DNA of 64,000 nucleotides from Podarcis bocagei (Eukaryota). The notes beneath the pieces are model-generated. The model was not told the origin of the DNA, did not search any database, and saw only the letters and a list, made by a program, of their open reading frames with translations. Location of the stretch: NCBI GenBank assembly GCA_964188305.1, contig OZ076886.1. The stretch is one strand, 5' to 3'. Below, one piece after another: positions 1 to 11,294 of this stretch. Numbering within the stretch: position 1 is the stretch's first letter; each line of letters starts with the position of its first letter. Both the position numbers and the translations under genes were made by a program.

Positions 1-393
1 CTTCATTTTTTAAAAAAATGGTTATCCCTGCTGTGTTAACTCTTTTTTAGTTGTAAGCTACTTTGGGCTGCTTTATACACACCGGAAAATTGGGATATTA
101 ATGTGTTTTAAAGCTCAGATGGTAGAGCATGAGACTCTTAATGGGTTTGAGCCCCACATTGAGCAAAATATTCCTGCATTGTAAGGTCTTGATGGTCCCT
201 TCCAACTCTGCGATGCTAAGATTAAAAATAAGTGCTCCACTTCATAGGAATCTCTGGGTGAATCTACACACGCACTATAAATAAGTCAGGAATTAGAGCT
301 CCAGAACAGATCCCTTTCGCAACGGAGGTACCGCTGTACATAGTTCCATCCTTATTTCAGGCATCATGATATATCGGTATATCGTGATGTTTA

Positions 394-750
394 AAGGTAA
401 AGGTAAAGGGACCCCTGACCATTAGGTCCAGTCGTGACCGACTCTGGGGTTGTGGCGCTCATCTCACTTTATTGGCCGAGGGAGCCGACATACAGCTTCT
501 GGGTCATGTGGCCAGCATGACTAAGCCGCTTCTGGCAAACCAGAGCAGCGCACGGAAACGCCGTTTACCTTCCCGCTGGAGTGTTACCTATTTATCTACT
601 TGCACTTTGACGTGCTGTCGAACTGCTAGGTTGGCAGGAACAGGGACCGAGCAATGAAAGCTCACCCCGTTGCGGGGATTCGAACCGCAAACCTTCTGAT
701 CGGCAAGTCCTAGGCTCTGTGGTTTAACCCACAGCACCACCCGCATCCCT
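394..750 (-). mobile_element. Sauria SINE, full length
   Basis: Minus strand has a tRNA-like head with a GGTTCGAATCC B-box and an (ACCTTT)n tail. 14-bp TSD TATCGTGATGTTTA (380-393) / TATCATGATGTTTA (751-764). Confidence 0.92.
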
Positions 751-1318
751 TATCATGATGTTTAGCTGTTGATATATTGTGATGTGGAAAACCAGATATT
801 GCCCAGCCTATGGGATGGCTATTGTAGTTTTTAAATGTAGGTCTGTTCTTAGGAAAGTGGGGGAGAGGGTCACAATTTTATTTTAATGCAGCCTGCTCCA
901 ATGCATATTTATTCAGAAACAGATCCCCCTGAGTTTGAGATTTATTCCCACCTGTCTCCAAAGAATTGTACTCTTAATTCACATGTTCTAATCATCAGGA
1001 TTTCGATGGATAGGATTCGGGTTCAGGGCTTGTGTGTGCAGTCGTGCGAATGCACACACGCCCGCCCTTCTCACCATTTTGCTGTGCCGCCACCATAAAC
1101 CCAGAGATTTGTCCACTAAAAGCAGCCTCTCCACCTAAAACACTTGACTGGTAGCATCCTGGACAGTCTCCAGTGGTGACTGCCCACTTCCCATCAGAAA
1201 GAAAGCTGGCAGGAAAAAGAAAAGGTGACTCAGCCTGATTTCTCATTAGAAGCAATAAATGAGAAACTTTGGAAGAGAATAGGACTCCTTATCCCATAAT
1301 GCCCTTCTCTTTCCACAG

Positions 1319-1690
1319 GAGCTCCACCTTAGGCGGACGCTGCACATGTCTCTTTAGTATGTAGGTCTGTTTACATTTGTTTGGTGATTACTCAGAAGGT
1401 TCTCTGTGCTTTTGGTTCATTAGCAGTTTCCCAGAATGCTGACTTCATCCTTTGTGTTCCCAGAACCATAATGACTCTGGGTCCTCCTAGCAGCTGCTGA
1501 TCGATTGTATTTCACCTTTTCCTTGGGCAGGCTAATGTGGCAGCTTTCTGCAGTAAGACTATAGCTCGACCCTCAAATAAGGAGTGGAAGATTTGATCTA
1601 AAGAGTTAAGCACCTAAGAATGGAATAACAGGCAATGCAAATGCTAAAACCAGTGCCATAAATAAAGAAACATTTGCGTTTCAATGCTGC
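1319..1690 (+). other. Candidate 3'-terminal exon of the upstream gene (possibly SLC4A8 by synteny)
   Basis: Pyrimidine-rich acceptor CCCTTCTCTTTCCACAG| (AG at 1317-1318), stops within 16 codons in all three frames, non-repetitive sequence, AATAAA at 1661-1666. Gene identity rests only on the mammalian SLC4A8-SCN8A gene order. Confidence 0.3.
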
Positions 1691-1702
1691 CCCTTTTCGA
1701 CA

Positions 1703-2021
1703 GTAAAGGTAAAGGGACCCCTGACCATTTGGTCCAGTCGTAGCCGACTCTGGGGTTGCGGCCCTCATCTCGCTTTATTGGCCGAGGGAGCCGGCGTACA
1801 GCTTCCGGGTCATGTGGCCAGCATGACTAAGCTGCTTCTGGCGAACCAGAGCAGTGCACGGAAACGCCATTTACCTTCCCGCCAGAGTGGTACCTATTTA
1901 TCTACTTGCACTTTGATGTGCTTTCGAACTGCTAGGTTGGCAGGAGCAGGGACTGAGCAACAGGCGCTCACCCCGTCGCGGGGTGATCGGCAAGTCCTAG
2001 GCTCTGTGGTTTAACCCACAG
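1703..2021 (-). mobile_element. Sauria SINE, slightly 5'-truncated with an internal deletion in the B-box region
   Basis: Near-identical to 394-750. TSD CGACAGTA at 1698-1705 and 2022-2029. Confidence 0.9.
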
Positions 2022-2170
2022 CGACAGTAGTTAATAGCAATGGGAAATAAAATAAACTCTATGTTTTTTATTTAAAAAAACCCACAGGGTATGGTTTGAA
2101 GACCCATGAGGCTGGGGCTGGTCAGTGTCTGGATGTGATACTGCCTAGGAAACACATGCATGATGCCTTT

Positions 2171-2305
2171 CAGACTTTCTCAACCTGTGGGTCCCCAGAT
2201 GTTGAACTACAACTCCCATCACCCCTAGCTAGCAAGGCCAGAGCTCAGGGATGATGGGAGTTGTAGTCCAACAACATCTGGGGACCCACAGGTTGAGAAC
2301 CACTG
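2171..2305. mobile_element. Palindromic hAT-type MITE; degraded relatives near 2.7, 14.1, 16.6, 17.5, 19.0, 49.7, 60.7 and 63.1 kb
   Basis: Near-perfect hairpin: TTCTCAACCTGTGGGTCCCCAGATGTTG...AACTACAACTCCCATCA / TGATGGGAGTTGTAGT...CAACATCTGGGGACCCACAGGTTGAGAA, with CA...TG ends. Confidence 0.75.
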
Positions 2306-3373
2306 CAAGGTTTAGGTTCTCTAGTGGGGAAAAAGGCAGGAGATAAACGTAAGCATTTTATTTTATTTTTACGAAACCACAGCATATACAATAAAAAGAG
2401 AGGGCCAGTTAAATTGCAGTGATAAAGGGGTACAATGTGAGTTACAAGCAAATTTGGTGTCATTTCTACAGGAGAAAGGTTTTTACCTGTGTTCCTAACC
2501 TGTACAGAAGTCAATAAAGCAAAGTTTTGTCTTTGAAATGATGGCTTAAAAAAAGAAAAGTCAAATTGATTTAATAGAGTTTGGAGAAATGGAGGCATTC
2601 ACAAGACTTCACCACTAGATAGTGCTCTGTGCACAGTTCTTGAGTTTGGAAGCTAGGTTTGGGTGCACAACAAGGTTAAGGAAACTGTGGCCCTCCAGAT
2701 GTTGCCAAACTACGGCTCCCACCATCTCTGGTCATTGGCCATGCTCGCTGAGGCTGATGGGATTTGTAGTCCAGCAGTGCCTGAAGAACCATAGACCAAA
2801 TCCCTGAAACAGAAGGAGAGGTGATCTTCCAGGCTGGAGAGGATGAAGAATTACAGTTGATTGCCAGGACAAAATGAGATTGATTGGTGATTCTGCTTTC
2901 TGAGAGGGCAGGAATGCTTAGAGCAGGGTTTTTAAAGAACCTGTCGCCTGGTCCTCCATAAATCAAGGAAGCATTTCAGCCTCCCATGTGTACTTAGGCA
3001 TACATCGCTCAACTTTTCTTCTCGGCCTTGGAACTGGGAGGTAGGGGGCAGGGGAAAATGCAGAAGACAACGGGTTTATTACAGTAATGTAATATCTACC
3101 TCTTCGTTTTGGTGGACTTGTTTGGGTTAAGCCTTGATTCTAAACCAGTTTCTTCAATCTCTTTGGTCACATCTGCCGTGTAATTTGAACGCCCCCTGAA
3201 AGCAGAGAGTGCAACTTTAGCTGTTGTTCATTGGGATCTTAGGGATGTCTAGACTTTGACCTGAGACCTCAGGATGGGCGGACAGACGTCAGGAGTGGTG
3301 GCAGCTTACTACCTCGCAGAATTGGTTTACCCTCGGATTTCGGTGATGTCTGAACCTTGGGTCGTGCTCTCTT

Positions 3374-3627
3374 GAGAGCCAGTGTGGTGTAGTGGTTAAG
3401 AGTGGTGGACTCGTAATCTGGTGAACCGGGTTCGCGTCTCCGCTCCTCCACAGGCAGCTGCTGGGTGACCTTGGGCTAGTCACACTTCTTGAAGTCTCTC
3501 AGCCCCACTCACCTCACAGAGTGTTTGTTGTGGGGAAGGAAGGGAAAGGAGAACGTTAGCCGCTTTGAGACTCCTTCAGGTATAAAGCGGGTATCAAATC
3601 CAAGCTCTTCTTCATCTTCTTCTTCTT
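3374..3627 (+). mobile_element. tRNA-derived SINE with (TCT)n tail (Squam2-like)
   Basis: A-box TGGTGTAGTGG, B-box-like GGGTTCG, core TGACCTTGGGCTAGTCAC, TTC-repeat tail. Second copy at 54658-54912. Confidence 0.8.
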
Positions 3628-3750
3628 GCTCTATTTTTATGAAAGTGTAGATTGTACATTCACATACTGAGGAGAAAGGGGGTAGACCTCTTCACCTCCC
3701 ATCATTTCTCATAATGCTAGAATCCAGGATCATCCCACGATAGGCAGGGG

Positions 3751-3920
3751 CAGTGGCGTAGCGTGGGTTGTCAGCACCCGGGGCAAGGCAAGTAATTTGC
3801 GCCCCCTAACCCGTGGATTTGCGCCCCCTAACCCGTGGATTTGCACCCCCTAACCCTAACCCCCAGATGTTGCGCCCGGTGCGGCCGGCCCCCCCTGAAC
3901 CCCCCCACGCTACACCAGTG
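3751..3920 (+). mobile_element. Non-autonomous hAT MITE with CCCTAA-containing minisatellite, copy 1
   Basis: TIRs CAGTGGCGTAGCGTGG / CCACGCTACACCAGTG. Perfect 8-bp TSD GGCAGGGG (3743-3750, 3921-3928). Confidence 0.88.
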
Positions 3921-4100
3921 GGCAGGGGAGCCAAGAGAACTGACAAAAGGAAGTGCTTTTGCACACGACAGATGACTAACTTATGGAACACAGCTACGAG
4001 ATGTGGCGATGGTCACTGACGTAGCATGAAGTGTTGCCAAAAACATGGACAATTCTCTCAATGGCTACTAATCATGCTGGCCATGAGTGTCATCTGGGAC

Positions 4101-4610
4101 TGGGAGCTTTTCTTTTGGGAATTATAGGGACAGAACTACCTAAACTGTATAGAAACTTATTCATTTATGTGGCTACAGTGGCAAGAATGTTACTTGCCCC
4201 CAAATGGAAAGAAGCAGAAGTCCCAGCAAAGGAAGAATGGGTACAAAAACTTATGGAATATGCAGAAATGGCAAAACTTACTGGAAGAATAAGAAATCAA
4301 GATAACAAACTTTTTATAAAAGAATGGAAATGGTTTATTGAATATTTGCAGATAAATTGTAAACAGATAAGAACATTGGCAGGATTATTGTGATAACCTG
4401 CAGTTTTATAACACTATATATTTAAAGTAGATGAATAAATGAGCAAATTAAGTCAATTTGGATATGCAGAAGGTATTACAAATAAATTTAATGAACTGCA
4501 GAAAGAGGGGGGAAGGAAGTCAGGTTTTGAAATGTTAAAATGATTGTAAAACCAGTGAAATGTGTAAACATGGAAAGTATAAATAAAAATATTTTCATTT
4601 TTTTATAAAA
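4101..4610 (+). mobile_element. L1-clade LINE 3' fragment (ORF2 C-terminus, 3'UTR, A tail)
   Basis: Peptide AFLLGIIG...ATVARMLLAPKWK...YAEMAKLTGRIR is homologous to the end of the ORF at 6696-7945. AATAAA present. Imperfect TSD ATGAGTG(T/G)CATCTG at 4083-4096 and 4611-4624. Confidence 0.85.
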
Positions 4611-4726
4611 ATGAGTGGCATCTGAGTACCAGTTACTAAGGGAGTAACAGGAAAAAGTGTTGCTTTCCTGCCCTGCTGAGTAACATCCCAGAAACATCTG
4701 GTGAGCCACTATGGGAATTAAACTCT

Positions 4727-5064
4727 AGTTCCCATATGCGGAGTATGCGGAAGACAGCCCTGGGTCGTTTGACCCTTTAATTGGTTCTCTTTACCCCTGC
4801 TATAAAAAACTACGGAAGACACATTAAAAAAACGTTTAAAAGAGCATATAACTTTTACTTGGTATACTTGCAGTTGCAAATTAAATATACAATGCAGGTG
4901 GGTGTTTCCTAAATTGCTAAGACACCTTACACATAGCTACAGACTAACTAACTCTGGGGCAGACAACAGCATAACAGTTTATACCTGCCGCTCTAACTGT
5001 TAAGACTGTTCAACTGCCATAACTGTACCAACTGCCATAACTGTCACAGGGTGTATGTCCTACA
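4727..5064 (-). mobile_element. Probable solo LTR
   Basis: Minus strand begins TGTAGG and has TATAAA followed by a polyA-like AGTAAA. Flanked by 5-bp ACTCT (4722-4726, 5065-5069). One terminus is AG rather than TG. Confidence 0.5.
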
Positions 5065-5104
5065 ACTCTTGCAATTAACACTTTACATATGCATTTTGGA
5101 TGCT

Positions 5105-5469
5105 TGTTGTTGTTTAGTCATTTAGTCGTGTCCGACTCTTCATGACCCCATGGACCAGAGCACGCCAGGCACCTCTGTCCTCCACTGCCTCCCGCAGTTT
5201 GGTCAAACTCATGCTGGTAGCTTCGAAGACACTATCCAACCATCCCATCCTCTGTCGTCCCCTTCTCCTTGTGCCCTCCATCTTTCTCAACATCAGGGTT
5301 TTTTCCAGGGAGTCTTCTCTTCTCATGAGGTGGCCAAAGTATTGGAGCCTCAGCTTCACAATCTGTCCTTCCAGTGAGCACTCAGGGCTGATTTCCTTCA
5401 GAATGGATAGGTTTGATCTTCTTGCAGTCCATGGGACTCTCAAGAGTCTCCTCCAGCACCATAATTCAA
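5105..5469 (-). mobile_element. BovB (RTE clade) LINE 3' fragment
   Basis: Translation ELWCWRRLLRVPWTARRSN...LQYFGHLMRR...WRALVHGV is the diagnostic BovB C-terminus. (CAA)n tail. TSD TGGATGCT (5097-5104, 5470-5477). Confidence 0.95.
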
Positions 5470-6232
5470 TGGATGCTAACATCCCATAAAAGATGCTGGA
5501 TTAGATGAAGGTTCTTCTTGCATTTCTTATGGGTGGGTGAAAAGACGCTTCCAGGTGGCATCGATTAGGAGGTACAAAGTGTCCCTTTTTACCTCTGAAT
5601 CCCAGTTCAAAACATGCACATGCTGCAGATGAGTGCATCTGTTCAGTAGGATGATGTGGAGTAGCTTTAGTGAGGGCACATCAACTCGCTAACTGGAGAT
5701 GTGTTGAGAAACAACGGCATGGCAAAGTCAGCTCGCATTAGCTTCACCCTGCCATGAATGTGCAAAAAACTTCAGACCGCTCAGCTCCTGGTATAATTGT
5801 TTCGACAGCGAGAAATCCATACACCCAGAGTAACCCCCCGCCCCAAGCCAATATTTTAGTGCCATTGCAGTGGCTTTCAAACTGTGTTCCCAGGGATAAT
5901 GGGGTTCCTTGCCGGTTTAGATCGGCAGTGACAGGCAAGCTTCCCTGAAGCAGCTTTTCCACTGCGACCGATCTTCCTTTTGCAATGTGCAACATCAGGG
6001 GAGTGTCTGTCACTTTCTAGGCTGGAGAGCAGGGAGGGACCCAGGGTGAACTAAGAAGTTGCCTTTGAATGCATCCCAAGATTCTTTGCAAAATGCAGGG
6101 ATTCTCAGCATGGAAAAGATGTTTCCTGAGAGTAAGGAATCCGATGCCTACTTTGTTGTGAGATGGGTTCATTAAACATGACGTGATCTGCTAGGTACCA
6201 AAAAGACTCACAGCATAGTCCAATGATGCATA

Positions 6233-6474
6233 CAGTGGTACCTCGGGTTACAGACGCTTCCGGTTACAGACGCTTCAGGTCACAGACTCCACTAACCCAG
6301 AAATAGTACCTCGGGTTAAGAACTTTGCTTCAGGGTGAGAACACAAATCGTGCGGCGGTGGCATGGCAGCAGCAGGAGGCCCCTTTAGCTAAAGTGGAGC
6401 TTCAGGTTAAGAACAGTTTCAGGTTAAGAACGGATCTCTGGAACAAATTAAGTACGTAACCCGAGGTACCACTG
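6233..6474. mobile_element. Tc1/mariner (Tigger-like) MITE
   Basis: TIRs CAGTGGTACCTCGGGTTAC / GTAACCCGAGGTACCACTG with TA TSD. Inverted sister copy at 52380-52604. Confidence 0.88.
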
Positions 6475-6695
6475 TATTTGTTTAAATATAGGCTAATTTA
6501 AATGGAGGTACGAAACTTTAGGACAGCTTCTGAAAAGTTAACTTGCTGCCAAAGATTTGTTTTGCTGCCCAGGCTGAAGTTTTTTGGGTGGGTTTTCATA
6601 CCCGTACTGTGGTTTTCAGCACATCCAGCGGTGCCCTGTGCCCACAATGGTGCTCCTTAACTTCTGGGGTGGCAAGAATAAAGACAGCAAGCAGG

Positions 6696-8231
6696 GTTTA
6701 AAACAATGTAAAGAATGGCAGAGAACCCTGGCGAAATACATCTGGCAGGGGAAAAGACCAAGGATTAAAATGAAAATATTGACTGACAAAAGGGAAAGAG
6801 GAGGTTTTGCCCTCCCAGACCTGAGCTTATACTATGAAGCAGCGTGCCTACTCTGGTTAAAAGACTGGATAAAATTGGAGAACAGAGACTTATTGGACCT
6901 GGAAGGTTTCAATAATTGGTACGGGTGGCATGCATATCTCTGGTATGAGAAAGTGAAAGTCCACAGGGCCTTTTTAAACCATATTTTTAGGGGACCAATA
7001 TATCAGGTCTGGGAGAGAAATAAGAACCTTCTCGAAAGAAAGACACCCTGGTGGATTTCACCAGTAGAGGTCTTAACAATAAAAAAAACCAATATGGAGG
7101 GGAAGAACGCCACTTATGAAGATTTGGTAAGAAAAACAGAACAAGGGCCCAAACTTAAACCTTATGAAGAAATAAAAGATCTATTCACTGGTTGGTTACA
7201 ATACCATCAGGTGAATGATCTGTTAAAAGAAGATAAAAGGAAAATGGGTTTTGATGACAAAAAGTCAGAATTTAACATAGAGATAGTAGAAGGTAAGAGT
7301 AAAACATTGTCTAAAATATATGACATACTATTGGAATGGCACACAAAAGATGAGGAAGTCAAAGAGGCAATGATTAAATGGGCAATTGACTTTGGCTATA
7401 ACATTGAGTTTGAAAAGTGGTTGGAATTGTGGAATAGAAATATCAAGTTCACGGCCTGTACGACTCTGAGAGAAAATGTCTGGAAGATGCTGTACAGATG
7501 GTATCTTACGCCGGCGAAATTGGCCAAAATGTATAGATTAAAGAACAAGACATGCTGGAAATGTGGTGAAGTGGAGGGAGACCTCTACCATATGTGGTGG
7601 CTATGCAACAAGGCGAAGGCTTTCTGGGAAGCAATATACAATGAGCTCAAAAAAATACTAAAATATACCTTTCCCAAAAGACCTGAGGCCTTCTTGCTGG
7701 GAATCATGGGCAAAGAAATAAAAAATGAAGATAAAAAAATATTTCTCTATGCCACCACAGCTGCAAGAATTATGCTGGCACAAAATTGTAAAATAGAAAC
7801 TATGCCTACTATAAGTGACTGGCAGGTCAAAATGATAAACTACGCCGAACTTGATAGATTAACAGGCAGAATACGAGACCAAGACGATCAGAAATTCCAG
7901 AAAAATTGGAGTAAATTTTGGAAATATATTGGAATGGATTTATAAGATGAACTGGCGGGGCTAGAGTAACTCTATCAGCGAATAACTATAAGTTTAAAAA
8001 TTAAATACGCAATCATGGAATTTATTTGATACTTACCAAAAGGGTGAAGGGAAGTCAAAGGCTCGGTTGAGCCTAAAATATTATGATTTTCTTTTTTATG
8101 ATTTTTATGTTTACTTTTTGTTTGTATAGTATGGGGAATGGGAATAATAATCTATGTAAATGTGTTTATTTTTGTATTTGTTTGTTCTTTACAAATTCTG
8201 AATAAAAATTTAATTTATTTTTTTTTTTAAA
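6696..8231 (+). mobile_element. 5'-truncated L1-clade LINE with an uninterrupted ORF2 C-terminal part (to 7945)
   Basis: RGGFALPDL motif, zinc knuckle CWKC-x8-H-x4-C (CWKCGEVEGDLYHMWWLC), AATAAA and A tail. Perfect 16-bp TSD AAAGACAGCAAGCAGG (6680-6695, 8232-8247). Confidence 0.93.
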
Positions 8232-10101
8232 AAAGACAGCAAGCAGGAAAACATTGTTACTTTTCTTTTAATGGCTGCCAGACTACTTGTTGCTTCACCA
8301 GAAGTAATTAAAGGGAGCTTTTCTGGGGGTCTGCTATAGTCCAATTTCTGGAGTTTTTCTGGAAAAATTGGCCCCAGAGGTGCAGATAAAAAAGGACATA
8401 TTCAATTCCACTTGGCAAGCTTTTATTAAACACACAGCAAAACAAGGTGCTATCCATGCAATCTCAGGGTGTTTCCATCCTGCTGCTATTTTGGGGTGGG
8501 ATTCAATCACATACCAAGAAATTCAGGTTGCACAATTACAATTGATGGGAAAGACTTGCACAGAGGTTTTGTGATAAGAGATGGGGAAATGTGCTAGAAA
8601 GTAACACTTGCCTTGCTGCATCTAACATCCCTGCAAACAAAATGGAATGGATGTGCATTAAATAGCCATGTCAGCTAATCTCTGTGCAAAGAAATCGTGA
8701 TGAACAGGTCACCTGGAAGTTTCCCCCAGAAAGATGCTCTCGTATGGAGTGGTGGGGTCCTTTGTTGGCTATTTTGCTTTGTAAAAAACAAAGAGCTGTG
8801 GGGCTTGGTCTAAAAAAACTGGGACTTGCCTTCCCCTCTCCCCACCTCTGCCAGGCCACCCACTAATAACATCCCTGCTAATTCGCTCAGCCAGCTCTTG
8901 CCAGTTTCTTCTGGGGCATCTGGAGTAACTGGAAATGGGACCCTTGGCCAGCAACCACCAAACTTCCTGAAATGACAACTCATTCACCTCAGGTTCAACC
9001 CACATAAAGACAGCCGGCAGATCCTTGCCTAGCACCATAAAACAAAGCCAATGAGATTTATGTATCAGCAACAAGGCAGGAATACAAACACATCCCTTGA
9101 AATGGGAGGGAAGCTACTATGGGTGGATATCTGCTGGCACAGCCTCACAGCTGTGCGCTCTTAAAGAGACATTGCGCTGTCAGCCAGTTACTGCCAGATC
9201 AATAGTTACAGCTCTGCCTTGGTTCTGAGCCTCCCTGAGCTTTTGCTTAGAGGAAGGCATCCTTTGCAAAGAGAACGCTATTCTAGAGCTATTAAGAGCG
9301 GTTGCAGATGATCTTTCGCCTGTCTGTGCAATTACTTAGCAGTTATGATACTTGTTTGCTGTAGGGGGATCCCAGATGCGAGGGATTGCTTCTGCGGCAA
9401 GCTTGTCGTATTCTCCCAGCACTCAAATCAAGAACGTATTGGTGGGGAGAGCTGTGTGATTTTGCTTCTCTACCTAGCTAATGTGTCTGTCTGCAGTTGG
9501 GAATGCTGCATGGATTGTGGCTGCTTAAAGGATGGTCCCCTATTGGATGGTTTTCATCGTGACATCACTGGCAGAGTGCTGTATTTTGAACTTGGAGACC
9601 AGGTTTCGATGTCCAGGTTGCTATTTTCAGCCTCAGTCTTCCCTTCTATAAAATGGGTGCAATAGCAATGACCTTGTAAGCATTTTCATAGGAGAGCATG
9701 GGAAAACATACACATATACACCCTCTTTGTAGGCTAAATACAGCCTCAAGGCTCAGTTCCCAAAGCCATGCCAGTCCTGCTTGCATCTGCTTGTTTCCTG
9801 AGGTCATATGTAGGCACCCAAAGCTTTCCAGGGCATGATAAATGAGCCCTCGGGTGTAACATTCCCTCTGCCACAAGGTTGCCTGCTCAGCATTTGGCGC
9901 CTAGAATTCCCTAAAGCTGAGCTCAGAGGACGAGTCTTCAAAATCCCAAGAGACGGTGCTTAACCTACAAGATGTGCTATTATTTTTATGTAATATCATG
10001 ACATTGCATTTTCCTGTCTCGGCTGAGACCCAGGGTTCTCTGAGCAAGAGGTGGGCCTTGCTAGGGAAATATGGGGCACCTTCCTGGGAGGTAGATTGTT
10101 C

Positions 10102-10249
10102 CAGTGGCGTAGCGTGGGGGGTGCAGGGGGGGGCCGGCCGCACTGGGCGCAACATCTGGGGGTTAGGGTTAGGGGGCGCAAATCCACGGGTTAGGGGGCG
10201 CAAATTACTTGCCTTGCCCCGGGTGCTGACAACCCACGCTACGCCACTG
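10102..10249 (-). mobile_element. hAT MITE with CCCTAA minisatellite, copy 2
   Basis: Reverse complement of 3751-3920 lacking one 22-bp unit. Perfect TSD GATTGTTC (10094-10101, 10250-10257). Confidence 0.9.
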
Positions 10250-10496
10250 GATTGTTCTTCCTTAATGAGACTTGGAATGTCAGTCAAGTACTGCCAATTG
10301 CCTGCTGTCAAACATTCTACCAAGCCAATATCTCTGTTGCGTAAGCAGTAACCTTTTTATTCTGTCATCATGATATTATCTAGCAGCAAAGGCAGGCTTA
10401 GAAGTGCCTGGCCCACGTCAGACCTGCAGGAAGCAATATGTGTACAGTACACACTTCAATTGCGTATCTCTTATATGAAATTACTTCTGTACTTTA

Positions 10497-11294
10497 AAAG
10501 GTAAAGGGACCACTCAGCGGCGTAGCGTGAGTTGTCAGCACCCGGGGCAATGCAAGTAATTTGCGCCCCCTAACCCGGGGCAAGGCAAGTAATTTGCGCC
10601 CCCCCAACCCCTAACCTGCGAGTTGCCGCTGGCGCTGCCGCGCAAACAACACTGCTTGCCCGGAGGAGGATGGAGGCAGAAGCAGCCGCCGCCTGTGGCT
10701 GGGCCGAGGGGATGGCGGCGGCAGCAGGGTGAAGAGGCTGCCCGTGCCCGGCCAGGCGTCGGTGGCGGCGTCGGCGCTGCTGCAGCGGCTGCTCCTCCTG
10801 CGAGCAGTGAGCGGAGCGCAGCCACAGCGACGGCGGGGGGCGCGCGCGCAAGGGCGCAAGGCTGGCGGTGGCGGCGGGGAGCCCGGCGGAGGAAGGAACT
10901 TGTCCCTTCCCTCTGGACTCGCGCCCCCCCAGATGTTGCGCCCGGTGCGGTCGGCACCCCTGGGACCACTGACCATTAGGTCCAGTCGTGGCCAACTCTG
11001 GGGTTGTGGCGCTCATCTCGCTTTATTGGCCGAGGGAGCTGGCGTACACCTTCCGGGGCATGTGGCCAGCATGATTAAACTGCTTCTAGCGAACCAGAGC
11101 AGCACACGGAAACGCCATTTACCTTCCCGCCGGAGCGGTACCTATTTATCTACTTGCACTTTGACGTGCTTTCGAACTACTAGGTTGGCAGGAGCAGGGA
11201 CCGAGCAACAGGAGCTCACCCCATCACGGGGATTTGAACCGCCGACCTTCTGATCGGCAAGTCCTAGGCTCTGTGGTTTAACCCACAGCGCCAC
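10497..11294 (-). mobile_element. Sauria SINE interrupted by a hAT MITE at 10515-10962
   Basis: AAAGGTAAAGGGACCACT resumes as GACCATTAGGTCC at 10971. The remainder matches the other Sauria copies. Confidence 0.88.
10515..10962 (+). mobile_element. hAT MITE copy 3, with about 300 bp of GC-rich internal sequence and a deleted right TIR
   Basis: Left end CAGCGGCGTAGCGTG and subterminal blocks match copies 1 and 2. TSD GGACCACT (10507-10514, 10963-10970). Confidence 0.82.

Noticed and set aside
472-657. Recurrent MAEGAGVQLPGHVASMTK... ORFs (also at 1778, 10729, 25142, 53110) resembling a gene family
   Set aside because: They are antisense readings of Sauria SINE copies.
3273-3365. CpG-containing stretch ending GTGATGTCTGA, resembling a box C/D snoRNA or short ORF
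   Set aside because: No 5' C box or terminal stem, and no recognisable RNA family or splice sites.
3800-3865. CCCTAA repeats as an interstitial telomere or CRISPR-like array
   Set aside because: Too short, enclosed in MITE TIRs, no unique spacers, no cas genes, and the DNA is eukaryotic.
5105-5469. BovB as a novel horizontal transfer
   Set aside because: BovB is a well-known resident of squamate genomes.
6584-6695. N-terminus of the 453-aa ORF as a host gene start
   Set aside because: It lies outside the L1 TSD and begins at TTG; it is chance read-through from flanking DNA.
10535-11253. Ala/Gly/Arg-rich overlapping ORFs
   Set aside because: Stop-poor GC-rich TE interior plus SINE; no recognisable protein.
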